Shown: piece after piece, positions 20,360-30,526 of the stretch
Numbering within the stretch: the first letter of the stretch is position 1
Layout: each line of letters begins with the position of its first letter
Assembly (NCBI GenBank): GCA_963664815.2
Contig: CAXXHB010000002.1
Location: 778,421 to 842,420 of the forward strand
DNA from: Spirochaetota bacterium
Lineage (GTDB): Bacteria > Spirochaetota > UBA4802 > UBA5550
DNA: 64,000 nt
Reading direction: 5' to 3'
Notes under the pieces: model-generated
What the model saw: the letters and a program-made list of their open reading frames with translations, nothing else
The model's database searches: none
What the model was told of the DNA's origin: nothing
Made by a program: the position numbers and the translations under genes

Positions 20360-21046
20360 ATGAAGCAGGAAATTATAAATAATAAAGAGCTTCTTGAGGC
20401 TTGGGATTGGGAGACAGGAAAACCGGCAGGGGTCAGCATTACACGCGGAGAGTCCTACAGAACAGGAACACCTCACGAAGGTGTACATCTTTGGATAGGC
20501 AGAAATACCGGAGAAGATGTTGAGATATTATTTCAACATCGGGCAAAAGATAAAGCTCTTTATCCCGATTGCCTTGATATTACAGTTGGTGGACATGTTC
20601 CTTTCGGAGAGGATAAAGACAATAGAAGTAAAATCGGTAAAGAAGCTATGGAAGAAATTGGAATATTACTTGATGATGTGGAACTTGTTGATCTTGGTTA
20701 CTGTCGGTTTGAAGAAAAAACGGAGGACTATCACCACAGGGAATTTCAGCATGTATATATTCTTGCTGACCAAAGGCCTCTGGATGCTTATTGCTTTAAT
20801 GATGGTGAGGTAATCGGGTTATATGCTGTGCCATCACTTTTTGTTGAAATGCTTATGATGGAAGATAATTTCAGGATTGTTGATGGCTTTAATGGGCAAA
20901 CGATCATAAAAAAATTCCTGTCAAGGAAAGACTTTCATCCGATGCTTTTTAATGGAAGAATGAGAGTTTACATGTCAATCGTAATCCGTGCTATAAGAGA
21001 ATTAGTGAAGACAGGGAAAGTTACTGTTAAAATGCCTGAATTATGA
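20360..21046 (+). CDS. NUDIX hydrolase (IPP-isomerase-like subfamily)
   Basis: HEGVHLWI, LFQHRAKDKALYPDCLDITVGGH, variant Nudix box ..KEAMEEIG. Confidence 0.82.
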   Translation: MKQEIINNKELLEAWDWETGKPAGVSITRGESYRTGTPHEGVHLWIGRNTGEDVEILFQHRAKDKALYPDCLDITVGGHVPFGEDKDNRSKIGKEAMEEIGILLDDVELVDLGYCRFEEKTEDYHHREFQHVYILADQRPLDAYCFNDGEVIGLYAVPSLFVEMLMMEDNFRIVDGFNGQTIIKKFLSRKDFHPMLFNGRMRVYMSIVIRAIRELVKTGKVTVKMPEL

Positions 21047-21136
21047 AAAGTGATCACTTTGATGAAGCTAATTTACTTCAACCCGCTCTGAAAAATAATA
21101 CGACTGAAGCGAGAGCTTAATATCTTAAATATAATA

Positions 21137-22159
21137 ATGGATATTATGGAAGAGATAACATTTGAAGAATCACAAAAAATAAAAAATCCATTGTATGTAG
21201 ATGTTAGAGCTCCTATCGAGTATAATGAAGATCACATTCCAGGAGCGGTTAATCTTCCGATATTTAATGATGAAGAGAGAAAAGAAGTGGGCACACTCTA
21301 CAAAATGGTCGGGAGAGAGGATGCTGTAAAACGTGGAACTGAAATCGGAGGAAAAAGAATTACCGAAATAGTCAATTCATTGATACAGAATAAAGAAAAA
21401 GAAATTATTATTTACTGTGCCAGGGGAGGGATGAGATCGGGAGCCGTTGCGTCTTTAATAAACTCACTTGGTATAAAGACATACAAAATTAAAGAAGGAT
21501 ACAGGGCATTCAGAAAATTTGTTATAGACCAACTTTCCACTATGGAAATTAAACCCAGAGTTTTTGTTCTCCAGGGATTCACCGGGGCTGGTAAAACAGA
21601 AATATTAAAAATTCTTTCAAACTCGGTTGATCTTGAGGGAATGGCTGGACATAGAAGTTCGTTATTCGGAGGGATAGGACTTAAACAGAACAGTCAAAAG
21701 TGTTTTGAAACACTTCTGTGGCAGAGGCTTGAACAGTTAAAAGACGAACAATTTATAATATTTGAAGGAGAATCTAAAAAAGTGGGAAACCTTCATATTC
21801 CTGACAATATTTTCAAACAGATGAAGGAAGCTGCAGCTATTTATATTGATGCTTCCATTGAAAGACGAATTGAAATAATAAGGAAAGAATATACCGGATT
21901 TAATGAAGATGAAAAAATTTTATCAACAGTCAACTCTCTTAAAAGCAAGCTGGGAGTAAAAAAAACTGATAAACTAACTGAACTTTATAATGGTGGGTAT
22001 CTCGATGAGTTTATCAGGATACTTCTTCTTGATTACTATGATTTGTTATACAGGCATACCCTTGACAGGATCGATTACCTTTCAAGAATAAATAATACAG
22101 AAACAGTTGAAGCTTCCAGAAAAGTTATAGATGTAATTACAAATTCCCTGTCTGGTTAG
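21137..22159 (+). CDS. selU: tRNA 2-selenouridine synthase
   Basis: Rhodanese DVRAPIEY..HIPGA, YCARGGMRS; P-loop GFTGAGKT; DLEGMAGHRSSLFG; EGESKKVG. Confidence 0.93.
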   Translation: MDIMEEITFEESQKIKNPLYVDVRAPIEYNEDHIPGAVNLPIFNDEERKEVGTLYKMVGREDAVKRGTEIGGKRITEIVNSLIQNKEKEIIIYCARGGMRSGAVASLINSLGIKTYKIKEGYRAFRKFVIDQLSTMEIKPRVFVLQGFTGAGKTEILKILSNSVDLEGMAGHRSSLFGGIGLKQNSQKCFETLLWQRLEQLKDEQFIIFEGESKKVGNLHIPDNIFKQMKEAAAIYIDASIERRIEIIRKEYTGFNEDEKILSTVNSLKSKLGVKKTDKLTELYNGGYLDEFIRILLLDYYDLLYRHTLDRIDYLSRINNTETVEASRKVIDVITNSLSG

Positions 22160-22531
22160 ATTTAATCCATTTTCGTCATATATTATTCAATTATGATTAA
22201 TCTCCTGAAAATTAAATCATCATGTTTACTCTAAATTTTCTATCATTTCCAGGCTAATTTTTTATATAATAAATTATGCAAATGACATTAATTTTACATA
22301 ACCAAATTAAATCACTCATAATAATTAATAAAAATGTAATTAAAGAACAGAAGAAGTTTTAACGTCACAGATATTACTAAAAAAAAGAACAGGAGCTGTT
22401 TTTATATATGTTATACCTATGGATTTTTTAATCAATTAACTTTTTTAAGAGCAGGATAATAATTGACATTTGGAGCTTGTTCTTATATTTTTAAAATAAT
22501 AAAATTTTTACAGGAAATTAATGGGGGTCGT

Positions 22532-23098
22532 ATGAAAAAAATTGCATCTTTTGTACTTTTTTTGTTTTTAGTTAGTTGTGGTGGGGGAACACAATATCAG
22601 GATGTTGATAAGGCTGAAGGTTCCGGAGAGTGGGGCCCGAAAGAGATAAAAATTACTGTTAATAAAATGGTTACTTCTCTTTATTCATTTTTAAAAGACG
22701 AATATAAAAAACCAGCATTTTTACAGGTTAAAAAATTCCGCAACAGAACATCGGAACATATTGATACTGAACTAATTACCAGTGAAATTCAGACAAAGCT
22801 AATACAAAAAAGAATAAAATTTATTGATGATTCACTCGAAGCGGATGCTTTAAAGGAAATTGAAAAAGGTATGACTGGGATGGTTGATCCTGAAAGCGCT
22901 ATTCCTGCTGGTGAACTCAAATCTCCGAATTTTTATCTTACAGGTGATATCAGCGACAATGTAAGAGAAGTAAAGGGGCGAAGAGTACAGTACCTTAAAG
23001 TTACCCTTAAACTGATAAACCCTAAAACTAATGTAACAGAGTGGTCAGATCAGCAGGAATTCTTAAAATCCTCTAAAAGTGACAAGATCAGTTTCTGA
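22532..23098 (+). CDS. LpoB-like PBP-activator lipoprotein
   Basis: Lipobox LVSC; RNRTSEHIDT motif; RBS GGGGG before ATG 22532. Confidence 0.8.
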   Translation: MKKIASFVLFLFLVSCGGGTQYQDVDKAEGSGEWGPKEIKITVNKMVTSLYSFLKDEYKKPAFLQVKKFRNRTSEHIDTELITSEIQTKLIQKRIKFIDDSLEADALKEIEKGMTGMVDPESAIPAGELKSPNFYLTGDISDNVREVKGRRVQYLKVTLKLINPKTNVTEWSDQQEFLKSSKSDKISF

Positions 23099-23124
23099 TC
23101 TTGCATTATACTCAGGAGAAAACT

Positions 23125-24528
23125 ATGAAAAAAATAATACGGTTGATACCGGCATTACTGATAATTTTTGCGTTAGCTTCATGCTCTTCGAAAAACTATA
23201 ACCAGGAAATGCAGGCATCAGAGGATATGTTTTACAAAGGACAGTATCTGGATGCTGCAAGACTTCTTTTGCCAAATGTTAATAGTGCAGGGAAGGATTC
23301 ACTTCTTTTTATGATGGAATGTGGTCTTATGCTTCATACAGGCGGTGATTATGAAACAAGCAATAAGCTTATGTTGAAAGCCGGTAAAGTTGCTCAGATA
23401 ATTCCTATCAGCGTGAGCCAGCAAATAGAGTCTTTTGCAACAAATGATACCAATGCAAACTATAGAGGTGAGGATTTTGAGAAGGTTCTTATTCATGTAT
23501 ATGCGGGTATCAACTTTTTGATGCTCGGGGATTATGATGGAGCAAGAGTTGAGTTCAAATATATAAATAATGAATTGGCAAAAATCAAAAATGAGAATGA
23601 AGAAGCAAAATATAAGCAGAATGCAATGGCGAAGTATCTCGCAGCAATTGCATTTGAGATTGTCGGAGAGAAAAATAACGATAAAAATGATATAGAAACT
23701 GCATATATTGAATATAAACAAGTCTATGAACTCAATCCTGCCATGACAATGGTTAGAGATGATCTCCTCCGCGTTTCCAAACTTCTCGAATATGATGATG
23801 ATTATGCAGAATGGAAAAGTAAATTCAAAAAAAACTATAATGAAGATCCGGATTCCGGTGAGTTGATAACTATCTTCCAATCGGGTAGAAGTGCCATCAA
23901 GAAATCGAGAGGACCACTGATGAATGATCCCGGCATGACACCTGCAATCAATATAATTGTCAATAATCCAAAAAATCTTAATCTTGGTATAACAGCTGCA
24001 GGTGTGACTGTTGCACTTAAAACTGCGGAAAATCCAATCCCAAAATTTCAGAAGAGATCAAATAAAGTTGACAGAGTTAAAGTAGAAGCTGGTGGGAAAA
24101 CTATCAATACAACAATGCTTGAAGATGTGGAAAATACAGCAGTCAGGAACCTTGAAGATGATTATAAAACGCTTTATAAGAGAGTTGCTCTGGCCATAAC
24201 GACAAAAGTAGTAATTTCAATGGGGGTCGGAATTGGAGCTAAAAAAGTAGCAGAACAGTTTAAACAAACTAAGGCTTTCGCGAGCGTTATAGGAACACTT
24301 GCTGGTACAGGTACCGGAGTAGCTCTATTTTCACAGATGAAACCTGATCTCAGGTGCTGGCATACTCTTCCGGCAAATTTTCAGCTGGGTCGGATGAACC
24401 TGAAACCTGGGAAACAGAAGTTGAATTTTATTCTTATAGGTGATGGAGGAATTGTAGACCGGGTTGAAAAAGAAGTTGAAATTAAAAAAGGAGAAAAGAC
24501 ACTGGTAAACTTGAGAACGCTTTTTTAA
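23125..24528 (+). CDS. COG3014-family TPR lipoprotein
   Basis: Lipobox LASC; YRGEDFEKV; DLRCWHTLP; follows the lpoB-like gene. Confidence 0.78.
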   Translation: MKKIIRLIPALLIIFALASCSSKNYNQEMQASEDMFYKGQYLDAARLLLPNVNSAGKDSLLFMMECGLMLHTGGDYETSNKLMLKAGKVAQIIPISVSQQIESFATNDTNANYRGEDFEKVLIHVYAGINFLMLGDYDGARVEFKYINNELAKIKNENEEAKYKQNAMAKYLAAIAFEIVGEKNNDKNDIETAYIEYKQVYELNPAMTMVRDDLLRVSKLLEYDDDYAEWKSKFKKNYNEDPDSGELITIFQSGRSAIKKSRGPLMNDPGMTPAINIIVNNPKNLNLGITAAGVTVALKTAENPIPKFQKRSNKVDRVKVEAGGKTINTTMLEDVENTAVRNLEDDYKTLYKRVALAITTKVVISMGVGIGAKKVAEQFKQTKAFASVIGTLAGTGTGVALFSQMKPDLRCWHTLPANFQLGRMNLKPGKQKLNFILIGDGGIVDRVEKEVEIKKGEKTLVNLRTLF

Positions 24529-24543
24529 ATACAGGTCGAAATA

Positions 24544-26400
24544 ATGGTGCAAAATTTTAAAATAGAAGCGGGAGAAAAGGAATCTCCCGTTTCTATTAAT
24601 AAAGATATTCTTAACCACCTTTTATATCCTGCATGTATTATTTCCTCAAAAAGTATTCTGGTATATGCCAACAACTCTTTTTTTCAATTTTTTGGGATGG
24701 ATTGCAGAGAAAGTAAGTTTGATTGGCCTAATGTATTTAATAATGAACATAAAAAATTTGTGGCTCAAACCTATGTAAAAGCTCTTAACGGTGCCTTTTC
24801 GAGTTGTGATGTGGAAGTAAAAACATCTGAAAAAGAGACTATTCCTGTTGAATTAATAATGCAGCCTGTTCTTGATAAAGGTATCATTCAAAGTGTAATG
24901 ATATTGATTAGAATCCATGATGACAATAGAAAAATAAGCCAGTCATCAATCAACAAACATGAGGATATAAATAATACTGGGCATTATGAGTTTTCTCCAC
25001 TACCATTAATGAGATTCAGTAAAGAACTTCAAATATTACGGTGCAGCAGATCTTTCGAAGGAACGCTGGGATATAGTATTGATGAAATATCAAAAGATAA
25101 TTCTGGTATAAATATTCTGTTTAAATATGATTCTGAAAAAATAAAAAATCATATACTTGAGATATTAAAAGGCAATATTCCATTCAAAAGGATTGGTGAG
25201 ATTAAAGTACGAACCAAAGAGGGTGATGAAAAGATTGTAAATGTGATTATTTATCCGGTACTGCGTGAAAATGAAATTATTGCGATAGACCTTATAATGG
25301 AGGATATAACACGAGTAAGAGAACTGAAAGAACGATTGAGTTCTGCCAAACGACTTAATCTGGTAAGTGATATTGGAAAAGGTTTTATACACTCTATAAA
25401 CAATACTGTTAATGTAATATTGAATCAAACACAGCTTTTGCAGATAATTACCGAAAAAGATACTGTTTATGAGGGACTGGAACAAATTGAAAAATATGTT
25501 CATGAAATAATTGATCAGTTGAGAAGAATTCTGGGATTTATTGATGATAGGACTGAATCTTCAGAAGATGTGGAAGAATCTTTTGATAATATTGTTAACG
25601 ATGCAATAGAATTTGCCAGGATACATTTCAAGGTAGAAGAAGGAAAAAAAAGACGGATAATCACCATAGAAAAAAATCCTGGTTTTGAAATGGCTGTAAA
25701 GACTGATACAGGTTTTCTGAGAGAACTTTTGATCTGGGCTGTTTTAAAAGTATCCGCCTATGCAGGGAAAAAAGGACAGATTCAGGTTGATCTAAAAAAA
25801 TCAACCTTCGTGTATTTAACAATTCTTGTTAATAAGCAGAATGGATTTGATAAAGAAAACATCATCCCATTCACGCTAGATGGATTCTCCCCTTCAGAGA
25901 TAAGAAATGCTGCTGAAAAATTGAATCTGAAAATACTTGAAGAAGAATCTGTTGAACAATATTCCATAAAAATAATTTTTCCACAAAGGATGATTGTTGA
26001 GAATAATGATATAATCAAGGGGAAGCAGGAGTACGCAATCCAGGATAAAGATATTATGATTGTAGAGGACGAAAAAGCTCTCCAAATGATCCTTGGAAAT
26101 CTGTTTGAAAGAATGGGTAATCGTGTTTTTATTACCGACAACGGTAACGAGGCATTTGAAGAATTCAAACGTAAGAATTATAATATTGTTATTACAGATT
26201 ATGATGTATCAGGTTATACAGGTATTGAACTCTCGGCTAGAGTTAAGGAAATAAATGAAGATACTCTCACTATACTTCTTTCCGGGTGGTCGCTTGATCT
26301 TAAAGGGTATACCGGTTTTATAGATTTATTCATGGCAAAACCTTTTAACATTGAGGATTTAATCAAGGGAATTTCAAGTTTAAATTTACTTAAAGATTAG
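24544..26400 (+). CDS. PAS-PAS-degenerate histidine kinase-receiver hybrid
   Basis: Two PAS-like domains, IHSINN H-box, no recognisable N/G boxes, REC (IVEDE..TDYD..LSG..AKPF). Confidence 0.8.
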   Translation: MVQNFKIEAGEKESPVSINKDILNHLLYPACIISSKSILVYANNSFFQFFGMDCRESKFDWPNVFNNEHKKFVAQTYVKALNGAFSSCDVEVKTSEKETIPVELIMQPVLDKGIIQSVMILIRIHDDNRKISQSSINKHEDINNTGHYEFSPLPLMRFSKELQILRCSRSFEGTLGYSIDEISKDNSGINILFKYDSEKIKNHILEILKGNIPFKRIGEIKVRTKEGDEKIVNVIIYPVLRENEIIAIDLIMEDITRVRELKERLSSAKRLNLVSDIGKGFIHSINNTVNVILNQTQLLQIITEKDTVYEGLEQIEKYVHEIIDQLRRILGFIDDRTESSEDVEESFDNIVNDAIEFARIHFKVEEGKKRRIITIEKNPGFEMAVKTDTGFLRELLIWAVLKVSAYAGKKGQIQVDLKKSTFVYLTILVNKQNGFDKENIIPFTLDGFSPSEIRNAAEKLNLKILEEESVEQYSIKIIFPQRMIVENNDIIKGKQEYAIQDKDIMIVEDEKALQMILGNLFERMGNRVFITDNGNEAFEEFKRKNYNIVITDYDVSGYTGIELSARVKEINEDTLTILLSGWSLDLKGYTGFIDLFMAKPFNIEDLIKGISSLNLLKD

Positions 26401-26402
26401 AT

Positions 26403-27386
26403 TCAAATAATTGCGTTAATTTTTTCAACATCATTAATCTTCCCAAGCATAACTATTACATCATTGACTTCAAGTATTTCATTTGGCTGAGGATTGAACT
26501 TCATTTCTCCGTTGGCTTTTTTAATCAGTACTATAATTACTCCATAATCTTTACGCAGATTACTTTCGATAAGAGTTTTTCCTATATAATGGGATTTGGA
26601 GCTGATCTTTGCCTCCTCCATTCTCAAGCCGAGCTTGTCATCCATGGTGGCAATATCGATAAAATCAACTACAGTGGGCCTTACTAGCATCTGGGCCATT
26701 CTCTGTCCACCAATAAGATAGGGAGAAACAACTTTGTCAGCGCCAGCACTTATTAGCTTTTTTTCATTTTTTGCATCAGACGCTCTTGCCATGATATAAA
26801 TATCAGGACGGAGCATTTTTGCGGTGAGAGTTATAAACACATTATCAGCATCGGTCATTACTGCTGTGACTAAACCCTTGGCTCTCATGATTCCGGCGTT
26901 GATAAGAGTATTTTCATCTGAAGCATCAAGGAGGAGATATGGAACTGATATAGCTTCAAGCTCTGGAATTCGTTTTGAATTGTTTTCAAGAACAATTACT
27001 TTTTCATTATTTTTTAATAATTCTTTTGTTATAAGTTTTCCTATTCGGCCGAATCCGCATATTATAAAATGATTTTTTAGTTTTAAAATTTTTTTTGCCA
27101 CTTTTTTTCTCCCGAGTCTTTCACTTATTTCTCCTTCAATCAACATTCTGATAAAGGTACCGAGTGTATAACCGGCAATTGTTATGCCGAATATTATGAT
27201 AAAAATGGTAATAACACGTCCTGTTCCGGAAAGAGGTTGGACTTCTCCAAACCCTACAGTACTTATTGTGATAGCAGTCATGAATATGGAATCAGAAAAC
27301 GACATTCCTTCTATGAAATGATAGGCAAGTATTCCTGAAGCACATGTAGATATAAACAGATAAAATGATATACGTAATCGTCGCAA
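26403..27386 (-). CDS. Potassium channel protein with TrkA-N/TrkA-C (RCK) domains
   Basis: Filter TISTVGFG; CGFGRIG; TrkA-C; TTG start with AGGA RBS. Confidence 0.9.
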   Translation of the reverse strand: MRRLRISFYLFISTCASGILAYHFIEGMSFSDSIFMTAITISTVGFGEVQPLSGTGRVITIFIIIFGITIAGYTLGTFIRMLIEGEISERLGRKKVAKKILKLKNHFIICGFGRIGKLITKELLKNNEKVIVLENNSKRIPELEAISVPYLLLDASDENTLINAGIMRAKGLVTAVMTDADNVFITLTAKMLRPDIYIMARASDAKNEKKLISAGADKVVSPYLIGGQRMAQMLVRPTVVDFIDIATMDDKLGLRMEEAKISSKSHYIGKTLIESNLRKDYGVIIVLIKKANGEMKFNPQPNEILEVNDVIVMLGKINDVEKINAII

Positions 27387-27514
27387 AGCTTTATCCTGTG
27401 AATTTGTTAAGATAAATTAAAATCAAAATGTTATTGCCTGAATGATAATAATTATTTCAATATGGGTTTCCTAATGGAGATAGGAATTTTTTACAATCAT
27501 AAAAAGTATAATAT

Positions 27515-28171
27515 ATGAATTTAAAAAACAAGACTATTCTTTTATTTATTCTGATAATATTTTTCTCAAGCTGTTCAGGTGGTGATAAAATTTTATTTTA
27601 TCGTGCTTCTGAGAGAGCGGATGTAGAAATTGTAGAAGGAAAAGCAGGATTGATAAGAACTGTTTATTGTGATATATATATTGAGTATGTTGACAGAACC
27701 GGCTGGGAGTATTTAAAAAAATTTAATTTATTTAAGGGTAAAGGTAAGAGTTTTCCGGTTAATCCATGTTTTCATTTCATTATCGTTAATACATGGAACA
27801 AACCATTTATTGTGGATAAAATTGAAGCGTCATATAAAGGTGAAATAATTCCATCCGAAAATTTCCTCTTTATAAAAGATGAAAGTTATCTAGAGAAAAG
27901 GTTTTCAGTGAAAATAAAGCCTTTCCTGAAAAAAAGAAGAATTTTGTCTGATAGTGAGCTTCTTAGTACTATTGATTTTGAAAAAGATACACTTGAGTAC
28001 AGGCTGGATTTTATAGCTCCTGGAGACAGAATTTCTTTTTTCACTTTTTTTCGGAGAGTTCCTTTTGGTAAAACTTCAAAGATAAGAGTGGCTATAAAAT
28101 ATTTTGATATAAAAAAAGTTATTGATTTTGATATAGGTCGTTTTGATTATAATGAAATCGAAAATATGTAG
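27515..28171 (+). CDS. Hypothetical lipoprotein
   Basis: Lipobox FSSC after hydrophobic signal. Confidence 0.72.
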   Translation: MNLKNKTILLFILIIFFSSCSGGDKILFYRASERADVEIVEGKAGLIRTVYCDIYIEYVDRTGWEYLKKFNLFKGKGKSFPVNPCFHFIIVNTWNKPFIVDKIEASYKGEIIPSENFLFIKDESYLEKRFSVKIKPFLKKRRILSDSELLSTIDFEKDTLEYRLDFIAPGDRISFFTFFRRVPFGKTSKIRVAIKYFDIKKVIDFDIGRFDYNEIENM

Positions 28172-28194
28172 TAACTGATGGAGTTCATGGAAGA

Positions 28195-28482
28195 ATGAAA
28201 ATTGTTGAAAATGATATAATAAAAGTTGCAAAACTTGCAAGAATTGAACTTTCTCCGGAAGAAAAGGATGAATACTCAAGGCAATTGAGTGGTATTATTG
28301 AATATGTTGAAAAAATTAATGAAATAGATACTTCAACTGTTGAAATTGCTGATCATATAGTTGAGATTAATAACGTATTCAGAAAAGATATTATTAAAAA
28401 ATCCATTGATCGTGAAGAACTGAAAAAAATCGCCCCTGATTATAAAGATGGCTATATTGTAGTACCGAAAATTATTGAGTAA
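28195..28482 (+). CDS. gatC: Asp/Glu-tRNA amidotransferase subunit C
   Basis: KVAKLARIEL, NVFRKD, APDYKDGYIVVPKIIE. Confidence 0.92.
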   Translation: MKIVENDIIKVAKLARIELSPEEKDEYSRQLSGIIEYVEKINEIDTSTVEIADHIVEINNVFRKDIIKKSIDREELKKIAPDYKDGYIVVPKIIE

Positions 28483-28483
28483 A

Positions 28484-29059
28484 ATGTATACAGATTTCAA
28501 ACGACTTTTTATTGCACTTCCGGTTGATGATGAAAAACAGATAAAGAATATTGAGCATACGTATGATAATTTAAAAAAGTATGATTCATTTCTCAAAATT
28601 GTTCCAAAGCAAAACTTTCATATCACAGTTAAATTTTTAGGTTCAGTAAAATCAGATATTGCAGAATCCCTCAGAACTTCTTTCCTGACACTTAATCACT
28701 TGAAGAAAATTGAATACAGAATAGAAAATATTGGAGCTTTCCCTTCACACAATAATCCTTCGGTTATCTGGGCCGGGTTGAAATGTGAAGATAAATCTTT
28801 GTATGAAATTATACATGCTGTTGAAAGTTTAACATCAACATTCGGATTTACCGTTGAAAAAAGAAAATTTGTTCCACACCTGACACTTGCAAGGGTAAAA
28901 AAAGAATGTAATGTTTCCAGTGAATTTAAAGAATATTTAAAGGATGAGTTATCTTTACCAATAATAAAGACCTTTTTTCGTGAGCTTGTTCTTTTTGAAT
29001 CTATATTAAAGAATACTGGACCGGAATATAGAAAAATTGAAGTAATAAACCTGATTTAA
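28484..29059 (+). CDS. thpR: RNA 2',3'-cyclic phosphodiesterase (2H phosphoesterase)
   Basis: RLFIAL, HITVKFLG, PHLTLAR, LFESIL. Confidence 0.9.
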   Translation: MYTDFKRLFIALPVDDEKQIKNIEHTYDNLKKYDSFLKIVPKQNFHITVKFLGSVKSDIAESLRTSFLTLNHLKKIEYRIENIGAFPSHNNPSVIWAGLKCEDKSLYEIIHAVESLTSTFGFTVEKRKFVPHLTLARVKKECNVSSEFKEYLKDELSLPIIKTFFRELVLFESILKNTGPEYRKIEVINLI

Positions 29060-29168
29060 AAAAGAAGCCATTATTTTTAATTGATTAATTACTATACGAG
29101 GATAGTCTGGTATCAGCTATAGTAATTTTCTACCTCCGGGATTTTAATAATAATTATGAGAGGATTTA

Positions 29169-29924
29169 ATGGGTTATTTACTTCTTGATCCTGAACTTGT
29201 GGCGAAAGAACATTATTTATTAACAGTGCAGATTAAGGACTCATCATTTAAGCCTGGACAGTTTATTAATATTAAAACAGCGAATGGGACAGATCCACTG
29301 CTTCGCAGACCTTTCTCCATATTTGATGCCGACGGGGATATCGCTAAAATAATAATCCGTGTTATTGGCAAGGGAACCTCCCTTATCAGCAATATGAATC
29401 CGGGTGAAATTAATGTGATTGGACCTTCAGGGAATGGTTTTTCTATGGAGAAAAATAAAAAAATTCTTATCATTGGGGGAGGAGTTGGAAACGCACCGCT
29501 ATTTTACCTTATGAAAGAATTAAAAAATAATGGAAACAGGATCACATATATATATTGTGCAAGAAGCAGTGATTTTGTTTTTGAAAAAAACAAATATAAT
29601 ATGTTAGCTGATGAGTTTATTCTTACAACGGATGATGGTTCTGATGGAATTAAAGGAGTTGCAACAGAAGTGATCCCAGAAAAAATTTCCATGAAAAATT
29701 ACGACAAAATATACTGTTGTGGGCCTGATCAAATGATGGAAAAAGTTGTAAAGATTGCTTATGTAAACACTCAGGTTGAAGTATCCGTTGAAAATTATTT
29801 CGGGTGTGGCGTAGGCCTTTGTGTTGGCTGTACAATTGATACCGTGAGCGGTTATAGAAGAGCATGTATCGATGGTCCGGTTTTTAATGGCAGAGCAATA
29901 CTCTGGGACAAGATGCCCGATTGA
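29169..29924 (+). CDS. pyrK: Dihydroorotate dehydrogenase electron-transfer subunit
   Basis: PGQFINI, LRRPFSI, GGGVG, CGP, CGVGLCVGC...CIDGPVF. Confidence 0.9.
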   Translation: MGYLLLDPELVAKEHYLLTVQIKDSSFKPGQFINIKTANGTDPLLRRPFSIFDADGDIAKIIIRVIGKGTSLISNMNPGEINVIGPSGNGFSMEKNKKILIIGGGVGNAPLFYLMKELKNNGNRITYIYCARSSDFVFEKNKYNMLADEFILTTDDGSDGIKGVATEVIPEKISMKNYDKIYCCGPDQMMEKVVKIAYVNTQVEVSVENYFGCGVGLCVGCTIDTVSGYRRACIDGPVFNGRAILWDKMPD

Positions 29925-29931
29925 TAAATTT

Positions 29932-30489
29932 TTATTTAAAAAGCGGAGATAGTTTTTTAAATTCAGGTGTCCCGGATTTTTCAAGAATCATAAATGCAAT
30001 GGTTTCGGTGGGATAGATTAAAACCCCCGTTTCAGTTAACATCCTCAAAGCCATATTTCTGTCCTCAAGTCTTCTTGAAGCAACTCCATCAGATGCAATT
30101 ATCACTTTGAATCCATTATTGATCAGGCTTACGGCAGTCTGGAATACACAGATATGTGATTCAATTCCTGAAATTATGATTGTTTTTTTTCCGGAAGTTA
30201 TGACTGCTTTTTTAATCATATCATCTTTCATGCAGTCAAAGTAGATTTTTTCAAGATTTAAAGCATTATTTGTAATTTCTTTAAGTTCTGGAATTGTCTC
30301 TCCAAGTCCTTTTTTGTACTGTTCTGTAATTATAACAGGTATATTAAACTCTGCAGATGTTTTTATCAGAATGCCGCAATTTTTTTTCAGTGTATCCTGA
30401 ATGAAATCAGGCATGACTTTGAAAAGCTTTTCTTGTATATCTATTACGAGATGAAGAGAATCGTTGCTGTCTATAGTGAAATCTTTCAT
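29932..30489 (-). CDS. Isochorismatase-family (YcaC-like) cysteine hydrolase
   Basis: VIDIQEKL, TEQYKKGLGET, GIESHICVFQT; RBS GAGG before ATG 30489. Confidence 0.88.
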   Translation of the reverse strand: MKDFTIDSNDSLHLVIDIQEKLFKVMPDFIQDTLKKNCGILIKTSAEFNIPVIITEQYKKGLGETIPELKEITNNALNLEKIYFDCMKDDMIKKAVITSGKKTIIISGIESHICVFQTAVSLINNGFKVIIASDGVASRRLEDRNMALRMLTETGVLIYPTETIAFMILEKSGTPEFKKLSPLFK

Positions 30490-30526
30490 TTTAATATCCT
30501 CATATCCGAGAGAACAGTTATCTGTT

